Position numbers and translations under genes: made by a program. The notes below the pieces were generated by a model. That model made no database searches, was not told the origin of the DNA, and saw only the letters and a list, made by a program, of their open reading frames with translations. A stretch of 64,000 bases of DNA. Source: the human T2T-CHM13v2.0 reference genome, Homo sapiens. How positions within the stretch are numbered: the first letter of the stretch is position 1; each line of letters begins with the position of its first letter. Shown piece after piece: positions 11,128-24,670 of this stretch. The DNA is taken from the NCBI RefSeq assembly GCF_009914755.1, contig NC_060925.1, one strand, 5' to 3'.

Positions 11128-13215
11128 ATTCTTGGCTAATAATTGTTTTGTTTAAGGAAGCTAAAGATAGGGCCCAAATTGCTTCTAGCTTGTAAGGTTT
11201 CTGCTGAGAAATCTGCTGTTAATCTGATAGGTTTTCCTTTATAGGTTACCTGATGCTTCTGCCTCACAGCTCTTATTTCCGTCATCTTGACTTTAGATAA
11301 CCTGATGACTATGTGCCTAGGTGATGATCTTTTGGTGATAAATTTCCCACATGTTCTTTGAGCTTCTTGTATTTGGATGTCTAGATCTCTAGCAAGGTCA
11401 AGGGAGTTTTCCTCAATTATTCCCTCAAATATGTTTTTCAAACTTTTAGATGTCTCTTCTTCCTCAGAAATATCAGTTGTTCTTAGGTTTGGTCATTTAA
11501 CAGAATCCCACTCTTCTTGAGGTTTTGTTCATTTTTTAAATTGTTTTTTCTTTGTCTTGTTGGATTGAGTTAATCAGATCTGGGTATGTGTCTAGTTTTT
11601 TCTTATCATTTCTGAGTTTAAACTTCAGGGGATTTCCCTTCCACATTGGAGACAGGGAGGATCTCTTGTATGGGATTATTTGAAGAAAATATCCAGAAGG
11701 AAATTATCTTAGATAATTTAAATTGATAATAAAAATACTACCATGAAGGTTCCCATGTTTTGGCAGTCACTCTCTCTCCACTTAGACTATATGAGTTGTC
11801 TCTGCTCTGTGTTCTGACAGTATTGCAATTTGCTATATGAAAATTATCTATGTACCTGCCAGTCCTCTTCCATAAGATTGAAAAATCTTGGTGGGCAGGT
11901 GCTGTGTGCTTCTTAACATTTAAGAAACATTAAGTGCTCAAAGATATTTTTTTGAAAGACAAAATTTGTTTCAGTGATACAAGGCCCTTATCCAACATGA
12001 GCCCATTTCTAATATTTCTCAGCAATGAAGGATTCAAAGGTCTTAACACCAACTCTGTGAAATAAAATGAATCTACTTTATATCCCCTGTCTTTCTTTCC
12101 CTCACTTTGTAATGTCAGGGTAATGTTCTTTAATTAGTCTCTCTATTCCCAGGATATCAATATGTAAATGCATTGTGTTTCACACTTAAATAGAAGTAGC
12201 AGATGTCAAGGGCTTGTGCTTATCAGTACATTACAGTGTTTGTTCCAGCCTCTGTCATACTTTCTCTGATGCCTTTGACAATACTGTACCTATAAATATG
12301 CTTTCCACTTCCCTTTTTCTGGTGACCTGGCCCCTCTGCCTCTCTCTGATACTGACTCTCCCAGTGTTTTCCTTGTTTAATCTCTAATGAGTGTGGCCAT
12401 GACTACAATGTTAAAACATTGGATAACAGTGGGTAGGTCACCTGGGCTTGACATTTTTGATGGAAAAAAAAAATGATGGTATATAGGAAAAAGAAAGGAA
12501 AAGGTGGATAAACACTTAAGATAGAAGACCAAAGATGTAGAACAAAGAGAAGAGTCAAATCTAGGGTCTCTAAAAATAGTCATGAATCTGAAAACCCAAA
12601 TATAGCAATTATTTAAGTAAGTAAAGTCAGTTTTCCATACTTTTATTTTCCTAAGACCATCAAAGTATATATGTGATAAAAATCCCTATAAACTGTCTTT
12701 TTTGTTTCCCTCATTTAACTAGTTTATATGTACACCTGTTTTATTTGATACTGATATTGATTTTGTTCCTGGTTAGTTTTATATAGACATTACACCTGTA
12801 TGTTCCTAAAGGAAAAATTTATTATAGCAATTGAAATGTATAATTTGATAGAAAACATAAACAGAGCAAATAATTAGCTGATTTACAACTTGCTTTAGAT
12901 AACATCTTCAATTATTAAAATAATTAGTGAAATTGAATTTGAGATAAAAACCTTAGCTTAATTTGAACTTGTCCTTGAAGCTACTTTCTGACCCATTTTA
13001 ACATATTACCTGTTGAAATATTCATAAGAAAAAGGAAATTTTAGGCTTTGTGTTTAAGGTGACTTTTTTTCAGTTCACTTCCAATTTTTTTTTTAATTCC
13101 CTTCTCTCTTATATTCCTTTACCTAGATAAAAAGTTCTTGAACACAGAAATACAAATTACTTTGGTTCATTTTTTTTTTTTTTGAGTCTGTGTCCTTTAG
13201 TGAAAGACTTGAAGG

Positions 13216-13340
13216 CCTCAGTGTATCTCTACCTTTTGGTATCCTCTACAGTGTGAGAGATGTGTAATTCATTGTTTGTATTTTGTGATATTCTGAAAAA
13301 AGTAAACAAAATATATTCACTTCAAATTTAGGTAATGTGG
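13216..13340 (+). repeat. Dispersed direct repeat, copy 2 (probable donor of 5976-6098)
   Basis: Near-identical to 5976-6098 and lies in otherwise unique sequence. Confidence 0.95.
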
Positions 13341-14268
13341 CTTGCTTTGAAATACAAACAACACTCTCTATAAGATAAAAGACAATGAACATTAAAGACA
13401 ATGTGATTACTATCTGAAATGCTGTCCAAATTGCTTCTGTTTCTTAAAATGAGCTTTGACCATGAATTTGGGGTTTTATATAATAGAAATACATACTGAC
13501 TTATGGCATAAATATATATATTCATAGTGGGAATATTTGTCTTCTTTATGAAAGGCAATTTAATACAATTATATGGGTTAAAATAAAAGGAGGACAAAAT
13601 TGTATTTTTTCTTTTCTCTCACAAAATCATGCTTTTATCTAGGAAAAATTTGTAGGTGCTTCTGTGATCATCATAAACTTGCTTACTGTATAATAAAAAG
13701 TTATGTAAGATAAATGTGTTGAGTGTAGAATATTTCTTACTATGCACTCTTTAAAAGGCGTAGGCCTGAGCCTATGGAGTTTAGATGAGATTTCTTATCA
13801 TTTGATAATGGACAGTTTGTTTTTCTTTGTGCAATAACCTTGTAGAAACTCTGATGTTCCTATTAGTATAAAATTCTGTGATTTTTTTCATAAGAACATA
13901 CACATTACTCTGCAGAGTTACCTTTTATTTTTTAACTGGATTTCATAATCTGAATCCAACTAAGTCCCATCAACAGAGTCACTAGAGGTCAAGGTTATAT
14001 TCCTAACAGAGATCACAGGATCATGTTTAAACAAGACTCTTGTATCCCCATGCCTTCCAGAAAAATACTTATCTTTCTAAAACGTATGTGTGTTTTCATC
14101 CAGCAATACCTACAGGATATTTGAAGCAAACTAGGTAAGTGGAAATACATTCTGACATGCTACAATTGTATCAGAGTTTTAAATTTAGGTCAATTTAACA
14201 TATTTACTAGGTTTTTTTCTATGCTAAATATTCCATGCCAAGAAGAGGGTATAGACAGCTCTCTAGAA

Positions 14269-14853
14269 CAGGGCTCCCCAAACCCCCATGCCACAGACTG
14301 GTACTGGTTGATGTGGTACTGGACGATGGCCTGTTGGGAACCAGGTTGCACAGCAGGAGAGTAGCAGTGAGGAAGTAAAGCTTCCTCTGTATTTACAGCT
14401 GCTCCTCATCACTTGAATTACTGTCTGAGCTCTGCCTCCTGTCAGATTAGCAGCAGGATTAGATTCTCATAGGAGAGCAAACCCTATTGTGAACTGCACA
14501 TGGGAGGGATCTAGGTTGCCTGCTTCTTATGAGAATCTAATGCCTGATGATCTGCCACTCTCTCCCATCACTCCCAGATGGGAACTTCTAATTCCAGGAA
14601 AACAAGTTCAAAGTTCTCACTGATTCTACATTATGGTGAGTTGTATTACAATAATGAAATAGTTATACAACTCATTTATTGTACACTTTATTTCTATTAT
14701 TATATATTACAATTTAATAATAATAGAAATGAAGTGCACAATAAATGTAATGCTCTTGAATCATCCTGAAACCATCCCTACTGCCCCTTGGTCTGTGGAA
14801 AAATTGTCTTCCACAAAACCTGTCCCTAGTGCCAAAAAGGTTGGGGACCACTG
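14269..14853 (+). mobile_element. MER1A hAT-Charlie non-autonomous DNA transposon
   Basis: TIRs cagggctccccaaa...ttggggaccactg, perfect 8-bp TSD ctctagaa (14261-14268 and 14854-14861), and the internal ttagattctcatag/cttatgagaatctaa palindrome. Confidence 0.92.
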
Positions 14854-15364
14854 CTCTAGAACACAATCTTGACACTCCTTAAAACTCAGTCTAGTAGGGT
14901 ATATATGTAAGCAGATTATATCACACGAAGATAAAATCTATAATACAAGGTCATAGAATCTATTTTCTAAATCCAGCATGGGATCTGTTTTAAGTGCAGA
15001 AGTTAACCAATAAATGGAATGAAAATACCTGATATTTCTTCAAAACTCTGCTTCTTTGAATAACAGTATTTTTTTCTTTTACTTACTATGGGATCTCTTT
15101 AAGAAGCTCTATCTGGCTAGGGCAAGCACATACTAGAAAGAATTCATAAAAATTCGCTGGTCCTCTTCCCCATTCCTTCTGGATCTCCCATGGCTCTATT
15201 TGCCCCTTTAAATAATTTGGACATACTTTTCTGACTTCACTCTTGGCCCATAGTCTTATGAAAAATTTTGCCATTCCTAGTTCTTTGTATTACACATGTA
15301 GATAAAAACTCTTTCTGCCTTCTCCTCCACATATTGCAGAATACGTGGGAGGAAGAAATAATCT

Positions 15365-15571
15365 CAGCGATGTGTTGGTATGTATTAAACATCCAGCTCT
15401 CTGGGAAAATGAAACAAACAGGCAGCAAACAAACCTGTGTTGTAGCCTTTGTTGATATTCATGGTATAAAAACTTTCACTATGGCTTCTATCAAGCTACT
15501 GGCATGTCACTAAACATGTTAGGAAGTTCTCAATTCTCAAGATCCAGAAAGCCAGCTCTACTACATAACTG
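15365..15571 (-). mobile_element. MER63A-like hAT (Blackjack) MITE
   Basis: Decayed TIRs cagcgatgtgttgg...ctactacataactg, internal tcaagctac..gtcact motif, degenerate 8-bp TSD aataatct/aatattcc. Confidence 0.7.
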
Positions 15572-15864
15572 AATATTCCCTTCATGAGATAATTGTGACA
15601 CGGTTCTTAAATATTAGGTATCAAGTACATAACTGAAGACTAACAATTTGTGACAGATCATGAAAATTAAAAAGGTATCTGCTACAGTAAAAGAAGAAAT
15701 AAAGCCAGTCACAGAAAAAGAAACAACAGCCCCTGGGCAATGCATGAATGATAGAATTCAGAATCAAACACAAGAGAGCGGTTACTTTGATTTCACCTGA
15801 AGACTATTAAGCTGTATTACCACTGTGTCTCATATAAAATTTGCTTGTCAAATGTAACAGATAT

Positions 15865-16610
15865 TGTGAGCATTACAACCATTTACCAATATCTTCTTTT
15901 TCCTCTTTTTCGAGGTATTCTGTAGGATGCTACTTATAGTCTCTTCTGAGGTTAAGTGTGGCTTCATATCATTCTTAGGCCAATAAGATTCAAATAAAAG
16001 TGGCATGTGTCACATTCAGGTGGAAAGTTTTAAGGGCAAATATTTGCCTTTCCACTTCTTACCCTGCTGTGAAGATGGTAGGGCATAGTGTTGATATGAC
16101 AGGGCCATGGGGAATCTGGTCTAACACATAGACAGCAGGGCGTCCCTGGACAGTAGCCTGAACATGCAGCACAAGGTTCCTCAGTCAAAAGTAAACATTT
16201 AAAAATATGTTAAGCCGGCCGGGCATGGTGGCTTATGCCTGTAATCCCAGTACTTTGGGAGGCCGAGGCGGGCGGATCACGAGGTCAGGAGATTGAGACC
16301 ATCCTGGCTAACACGGTGAAACCCCGTCTCTACTAAAAATACCAAAAATTAGCTGGGCGTGGTGGCAGGTGCCTGTGGTCCCAGCTACTCCGGAGGCTGA
16401 GGCAGGAGAATGGGCGTGAACCCGGGAGGTGGAGCTTGCAGTGAGCAGAGATTGCGCCACTGCACTCCAGCCTGGGCAACAGAGTGAGACTCTGTCTCAA
16501 AAATAAATAAATAAATAAATAAATAAATAAATATAAAAATATGTTAAGCCAACGACATTTTGTGTATTTATTACCTCAGCCCACCTGTACTGTCCTAGCT
16601 AAAAACATAT
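15865..16610 (+). mobile_element. Old MLT1 (I/J/K-like) MaLR LTR interrupted by AluY
   Basis: Motifs ggccaataagattcaaataaaagtggcatgtgtcacattcaggtggaaagttttaag, resuming after the Alu TSD. Confidence 0.55.
16217..16534 (+). mobile_element. AluY, full length, with (AAAT)n tail
   Basis: Y diagnostics gaccatcctggctaacacgg and ggagcttgcagtgag. TSD aaaaatatgttaagcc at 16201-16216 and 16535-16550. Confidence 0.96.
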
Positions 16611-18206
16611 ATGTGCCTAAATTCAGTAATAGTAGTGGGCTGATAGTTCTTGCTCCACAGTATAGGTTCAACCTCTGATAAATTTCTTGCTGAATTTATA
16701 AAATCTTGAATTAAAGGGGTCATTCAAAAAGTACATATCAAATGATTCTCCATGATTTCCCCCAGGAAGCTGGCACTGGAGTTTTGGAAAGTGGCAATTC
16801 TCACTTCTATCTTGATAGAAATTTTAATGTGGGTAGATTATAGGTGACTTTTACTTTATAGTATAAATCCTCCTCTATTTTTAAAGTCCACATTCAAGAC
16901 CCAAGTAAACCTTGCATGAATGTTGCATTTACAGTGTGGAAAATATCTAAGAAGTATCCATAAGAAATATTTTCGTTTTGGCTTATCACTGCCCCAAAAA
17001 TTGCTGCTTGGTAATAAGGAAGCTACATGTTTTACTCTTATCTTTTTAACATGAGCAGCCCAGTTAGAGAAGAATAATTGTGTCTATTTTCTAAAGAGCT
17101 GGGGAAAAAAAAATCAAACTAAATTCACCTGATTTCCCAGTGTTGGCACTTCTAATAATTTATCAAATTAGAAGCTCAAATTCAAAATGGTTCCCAGGTG
17201 AGTCTGATCTTGTCCTCTCTCTCCTTTATTGGAAAACACTGGATTCAGAATATGGCTATCTTCTCTCTATGACTCCCAATCACACTATAAGGTAGTTAAA
17301 CTCTCAAACTTATGGCATTTTCATCAAAAATGTAAACAATGCCTATATCCTTATGGTATCATAATAGTAAATTAAAATAGGTATTTAAAATGCTTGGCAT
17401 ATGTGTATTTTTCTAAATAATTCTTATTGAGAGTATAAAAGCTATTCCAGCTTTTTTAAAATTTGGTAAAACAAATTATTTTTACCTTATTCAAAATGTC
17501 TATAATTTTATATATTTGAATTATGTGGTGTCACAGTTTTAGCCTTTTCATGAAGAGTGTCCAATCTTCAATCTACACTGCACTGTGCCTAGTACTTGCA
17601 CATTTTCAATTTTACATTAATAATTATTATCTCATTTCATTGTAACATAGCCTTGTAAATTTATTTGCAAAAGTCATTCAGAATTAATTGATAAGAAAAT
17701 TGAGATTTAGGGATATTACCTGGTGGCTCAAAGGTCACAATAATATACTCAAGGTTTCCTGCTTCTTAGTTCATTGTTCTTCCGACTAAGTCCATAGTGA
17801 CTACCAGATAATGCTCAGATAAATAAAGGATGTTTATACAAAACGTCTCTCACCACTAAATCTAAGAATATCTAGTACTAAACAACAACTACATTTTTAT
17901 TAGTAGAAGTGATGTCAACCATGGTGCCTTGAATCAGCCTGAAAATGTCACAGCCACAAAAAAAAAGGAGAGTAGACAAATCTTTCTTTGGTGACAAAAA
18001 CTGCATTTTTTTGTGTTGAACTTTTTTTCTCAGCTTTGCTGAAAGGACCAACTACAAGTTGCAAAATCTAGGTTTTTTTTTTTACTATTTTTATGTTAAT
18101 TCTGTTATTTCTGATGGCTTTTGACATTTGATGGCCATAGACTGTGATAATTTGCTGCCAAGATGTTACAATATATTGTGCCTAGTCTGTGTCCTACTGA
18201 AGAAAA

Positions 18207-18263
18207 AATATATATATATACACACACACACACATAATACTTTGAGCAGGATACAGGATACAG

Positions 18264-18309
<46 letters not shown>

Positions 18310-18335
18310 TATATCTATATAGTATATACACACAT
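18207..18335. repeat. (TA)n/(CA)n compound microsatellite
   Basis: Read directly from the sequence. Confidence 0.9.
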
Positions 18336-19336
18336 TATTGATATATGTGTATGTATATGAATAAAATTATGAAGTGATTGATTGTAAAGGCAGGTGCTCA
18401 AATACCATCTTCTCTGTGAGAGTCCCTGATTTACTCTGTTCCCACAGAGAGTAGAAAGTGCACCTCATTTCTACTGCTTTAGCACCTCACACATGTCTCT
18501 GTTAGAGCACTTTGCAACTTGCACTTGAATTGTCTTGCTGCATAACTGCCCTTCCCAATTATCTCGTGCTGCCTGGAGGGCATGGAGTGTCTATAACTTT
18601 TTAATCACCATCTAATATTGACCTTGGCCCATATTGATGTTAATGTCCATTATTTAAGAGTAGAATGAATAATTACCAAAGATTTGGGATCAGGAGAAAT
18701 AGGACCTACAAACGATATACTCTCCTTTCTTCATGTTTCATGCTCATCCCGGCTGTGCAAATATTAAATCCCAGTGAACTTCTAATACATGCTCCTATTT
18801 TAAAACTCATGAACACTTGCTTGCCTATGTGACCCTTTCAGTCAAAATTCAGCTTCCATAAAGATGATGTTCAGTCCCATACCCAGAAAACATTTAACAT
18901 CACTTAATATGATATTTGAATCAGCCTGACATTTCACAGCCAGGTAGCTGCCTATGCAGCCCAATTGATTCCACAGAGAATACTGCCAAATCAGGAAATT
19001 CTTTTTTTCCCTGACCAGAAAAATAGCATCACAGTGAAATGAAATAAATACAAAGGCTATCTGAACTAATGGGGTTTATTTGATGAAAACATTTGTTGAA
19101 TTAAATATTTGAGTGTTTGATATGATGATGATCCCCCAATGGGAGAAATGTAAAAATCTATTTCTCTAATATGAAGAAGTCACATCACCAGAATGAAAAT
19201 AATGGAGCTCCAGTGAGAGCTCGCACTGAAGAATTTGGTTTATTTTTGGATCAGCATGGTATCCACATATTTATACTACTATTACAATGGTATCCATGTT
19301 TTCTTTGGGGAATAGGAAACAAACTGTAAACAGTGG

Positions 19337-21656
19337 TATATTAGTCCATTTTCACACTGCTAATAAAGACACACCCGAGACTGTGTAATTTCTAAAGAAA
19401 AGAGGTTTAATTGACTCACAGTTTCACATGACTAGGGAGGCCTCAGGAAACTTACAATCATGGTGGAAGGGGAAGCAAACACTCCGTTCTTCACGTGGTG
19501 GGAGGAGAGAGAAGTGCCAAGTAAAAGGGGGAAAAGTCCCTTATAAAACCATCACATCTCATGAGAACTCATTGTCACAAGAGCAGCAGCATGGGGTTAG
19601 CTACCCTCATGATTCAATTACCTCCCACTGGGTCCCTCCCATGACACATGGGGATTATGGGAACTATGATTCAAGATGAGATTTGGGTGAGGACACAGCC
19701 AAACCACATCATTCCAAACTGGCCCCTCCCAAATCTTATGTCTTCACATTTCAAAACACAATCATGTCCTTCCAACAGTCCCCAAAAGTCTTAACTAATT
19801 CCAGCAATAACCCAAAAGTTCAAGTCAGAAGTCTCATTTGAGACAAGGCAGGTCCCTCCCTCCTGCCTATGAGCCTGTAAAATCAAAAGCAAGTTAGTTA
19901 TTTCCTAGATATAATGCGAGTACAGGCATTGGATAAATACATCCTTTCCAAATGGGAGAAATTGGCCAAAACAAAGGGGCTACAGGCCCCATGTAAGTCT
20001 GAAATCCAATAGGGCATTCATTAAACTTTAAATTTCCAAAATGATCTCCTTTGACTCCATGTCTCACATCCAGGTCATGCTGATAGAAGTGGGCTTCCAT
20101 GGCCTTGGGCTCCTCCACCACTGTGGCTTTGCAGAATACAGCCCCCCTGCCAGCTGCTTTGATGGGCTGGTATTGAGTGCCTGCAGCTTTTCCAGGTGCA
20201 TGGTGCAAAGTGTCAGTGGATCTATCATTCTGGGGTCTGGAGGATGGTGACCCTTTTCTCACAGCTCCACTAGGCAGTGCAAAGTGGGGACTCTGTGAAG
20301 GCTATGACCCCACATTTCCCTTCCACACTGTCCTAGCAGAGGTTCTCCATGAGGCCTCCACCCCTGCAGCAAACTTCTATCTGGGCATCCAGGTGTTTCC
20401 TTACAACCTCTGAAATCTAGATGAAGGTTCCCAGACCTCAATTCTTGACTTCTGTGCACTGCACGCACAATACTACACGGAAGCTGCAAAGGCTTGGGGC
20501 TTGCACCCTCTTAAATAATGGCCCAGGTTGTACCTTGGCCCCTTTAGCCACAGCTGGAGCTGAAGCCGCTGGGACTCAGGGGCATCATGTCCCCGAGGCT
20601 GCAGAGAGCAGGGGGTCCCTGGGCTGGGCCCACAAAACCATTTTTTCTCCTAGGTTTCCAGATCTGTGATGGGAGAGCCTGCTGTGAAGGTCACTGTTAT
20701 GCCCTGCAGACATTTTTCCCATTCTCTTGGTAATTGACATTTGGTTCCGTACTAATTATGCAAATTTATGCAGCCAGCTTGAATTTCTCCCATAAAATGG
20801 GTTTTTTTCTATTGCATCATCACGCTGCAAATTTTCCAAACTTTTCAAACTTTTATGCTCTTCTCTTAAACACTTGGCCATTTAGAAATTTCTCCTGCCA
20901 GATACCCTAAATCATCTTCCTCAAGTTCAAGGTTCCACAGATCTCTAGGGCAGGAGCAAAGTGCCACCAGTATCTTTGCATAGCAAGAGTGACCTTTACT
21001 CCATTCCCAACAAGTTCCTTATCTCCATCTGAGACCACCTAAGCCTGGACTTCATTGTCCATATCACTATCAGCATTTTCCATTCAACAGTTCTCTAGGA
21101 TGTTCCAAACTTTATCACATCTTCCTGTCTTCTGAGTCCTCCAAGTCTCTAGTGAGTTCCAAACTTTCCCACATTTTCCTGTCTTCTTTTGAGCCCTCCA
21201 AACTGTTCCAACCTCTGCCTGTTACCCAGTTCCAAAGTTGCTTCTTCATCTTCAGGTAACTTTATTGCAGCACCCCACCTCTGCTAACAATTTACTGTAT
21301 TAGTTCATTCTCATGCTGCTAATAAAGACATACCCAAGATTGGGTAATTTAAAGGGAAAAGAGGATTAATTGATTCACAGTTTTGCATGGCTGGGGAAGC
21401 CTCAGGAAACTTACCATGGCAGAAGGGGAAGCAAACATGTCCTTCTTTGCATGGCAGCAGGTGAGATAAATTCCAAGCAAAAGGGGGGAAAAGCCCCTTG
21501 TGGAACCATCAGATCCCATGAGATGAGAATGGTAGCATGGGGTAACCACCCCCATGATTCAATTACTTCTCACTGGGTCCCTCCCATGACACATGAAGAT
21601 CATGGGAACTACAATTTAAGATGAGATTTGGGTGGGGAAATAGCCAAACCATATCA
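19337..21656 (-). mobile_element. Full-length THE1 (C/D-like) MaLR element: LTR 19337-19711, internal 19712-21295, LTR 21296-21656
   Basis: Two homologous LTRs of about 360-375 bp (t[g/a]tattagt...ccaaacca[c/t]atca) flank about 1.6 kb of THE1 internal sequence. Near-TSD agtgg/tgtgg. Confidence 0.93.
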
Positions 21657-22720
21657 TGTGGATTTTTCTATTTATAGACAAACCCTCACCTAAAGGAAGA
21701 ATAATGGTAGTCAATGTGATATAATTTGAAAGATTTTGCAATATGCCCCTACCTAAATATTCTTCCCCTTGGCCACACATATATCCAAGGAGCAGGACTA
21801 CAATGATTGTCTTGGTGGGGATAAAAAGCTAGAGAATTCTCAGGCATAGATACAATGCCTTAGTTAACAGGTATCCCCCAAAGTAATCAAATTTATTTTT
21901 ATTTTTATTTTTACAAGCCCTGTTTGAAAGGGGAAGACACACTTCTATTTTTGAAATTTAAGAGGGCTGAAATAATATCAAGTAAATATTTTGATCACAA
22001 TGGTAAAAAACTAGAAATAAAAAAACAGAAAGTTTTTTGGAAAATTCACAATATATGTAAAGTAAACCCCATGCTCCTGAACAGGCAATGAGTCCAAGAA
22101 AAGATTAAAAGGAAAATTTACAAATATTAAATGGCACACAAAAATGGAAACAACATACCAGAACTTATGATGTGCAAGAAAAGCAGTTCTAAGAGAGAAT
22201 TTTATAGTTACAAAAGTCTGCATTCATAAAAAAAGAAAGAACTGAAATAAAATCCAAATATTATACCTCAAACTAGAGAAAGAAAAACAAACTAAACCTA
22301 CAACTAGCAGAAGAAAGAAGATAACAGATACAAGAGCAGAAATAAATGAAATAGGGTCTAGAAAAGCGATAGAAGAGATCAAACTAAGAGTTGAGTTTTT
22401 AAAAAGAAACTTTAGTCAGACTAAATAAGAAAATAGAAGATTCAAATAATAAATGAAAGAGGAAACTTTACAAATATCAAAGAAATACAAAGAACTATAA
22501 GAAACTACTATGAACAGTTATATGCCAACAAATTGATAACCTAGAAGAAATGGATAAATTCCTAGAAACATGTAATCTATCAAGACTGAATCATGAAGAA
22601 ATACAAAATCTAAACAGACTGACAATGAGTAACGTAATTGGGTAACTAATTAGAAAAAGCTCCCATCAAAGCAAAGCCCAAGACCCAGTGGCTTCATGAC
22701 TCATTTCTACCAGACATTTA

Positions 22721-23367
<647 letters not shown>

Positions 23368-24270
23368 TCAAACTCTTTCAAAAACTGAAGAAGAGGAAAT
23401 AACTTCTAAATTCATTTTACAAGGCCAGTGTTACCCTTATAGCAGAGCCAGAAAAGGACAAGACAAGGAAAGAAAATTACAGTCCAATATTCCTGATGGA
23501 CAATAATGTGAAAGTCCTTGGCAAATACCAGCAAACTGATTAAAAGGCACAGTTAAATGATTATTCACCATGATCAAGTGGGATTTATCCATGGGATATA
23601 AGTTGGTTCAACATATGCATATTAATACAAGTGATATACGACATTAGCAGAATGAAAGACAAAACTATATGATCATCTCATTAGATAAAGATGAGGCATT
23701 TGAAAAAAGTCAATATCCTTTAATGATAAAAACCCTCAACAAATTAGGTATAGAAGAAATGTTACTCAACATAATTAAGGCCATACATACCAAGCCCACA
23801 GCTAATATCATAATCAATGGTGAAAAGTTGAAGGCTTTTTCTCTAAGATCAGAAACAAAACAAGGATACTCATTTTCAATATGTCCCTTAAATACAGTAC
23901 TAGAAGTTCTGGCTGGGACAACTAGGGAAGAAAAATAAATAAAATACATCCAAATCAAAAGTTTACAGATGACATGATATTTTATAGAAAAAATGCTAAA
24001 GAGTTCACCAAAAATACTGTTAAAAATAATGAACAAATTCATTAAAGTTGCGTAATATAAAATCAACATACAAAACTTAGTTGTGTTTCTATATATTAAC
24101 ACTGAACATTTTTTGCAAGAATGAAAAAAATCCTAAAATTTGTATGGAACCTCAAAAACAAAACAAAACAAAAAAACAAAAACCACGCCAAAGTAGTCTT
24201 GGGCAAAACAAACAAAGCCGGAGACATGACATTACCTGATTTCAAAATGTATTACAAAAGTATAGTTATC

Positions 24271-24397
24271 AGCCAGGCACAGGGGCCCACAACTCTAATC
24301 CTAGCACTCTGGGAGGCCGAGGCAGGCAATTGCTTGAGCCAGGAGTTTGAGATCAGTCTGGGCCACATGGCAAGATCGCTTCTTAAAAAAAGAAAAA
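24271..24397 (+). mobile_element. FLAM (Alu left-monomer-like SINE)
   Basis: Single monomer plus A tail. 15-bp TSD aaaagtatagttatc at 24256-24270 and 24398-24412. Confidence 0.85.
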
Positions 24398-24428
24398 AAA
24401 AGTATAGTTATCAAAACAACACGATATT

Positions 24429-24670
24429 CAAGTTCAAGAGATCTGTTATACAGTGTGGTAGCTACTGTTAAAAACATTGTGTTGTATACTTAAAATGCGC
24501 TCAGAGCATAGATTTTAAGTGTTAAACATAAAAAATGATACGTGTAGTAAAGCATGTTAATTAACTTAATTTATTCATTCTACAATGTACGTATATTTAT
24601 ATATCTTTCAAAATATGTTGTAAACCATAAATATATAGAATTTTTATTTGTTAACTTAAGATACAAATAA
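24429..24670 (+). mobile_element. Short 5'-truncated L1MA 3' end nested in the host L1 ORF2
   Basis: aagttcaagagatctgttatacag...cataaatatatagaatttttatttg matches an L1MA terminus. Host ORF2 resumes near 24695. Confidence 0.75.

Larger units (their letters stand above)
6131..11570 (-). mobile_element. 5'-truncated L1PB-type LINE-1 (part of ORF1, decayed ORF2, 3'UTR) with internal inverted duplication and nested LTR7
   Basis: ORF-track fragments 11136-11441 (ORF1, SPRHIVIRLSKV), 9502-9837 (EN end, KIDH..SDH), 7873-8577 (RT, LFADD), 7794-8003 and 6647-6844. Probable TSD agttaatca at 6122-6130 and 11568-11576. Confidence 0.95.

Noticed and set aside
14459-14543. Inverted repeat ttagattctcatag / cttatgagaatctaa
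   Set aside because: Native internal palindrome of MER1 elements, not specific to this locus.
19894-20669. Several 70-120 aa ORFs
   Set aside because: Fragments within the decayed THE1 internal region, with no continuous ORF.
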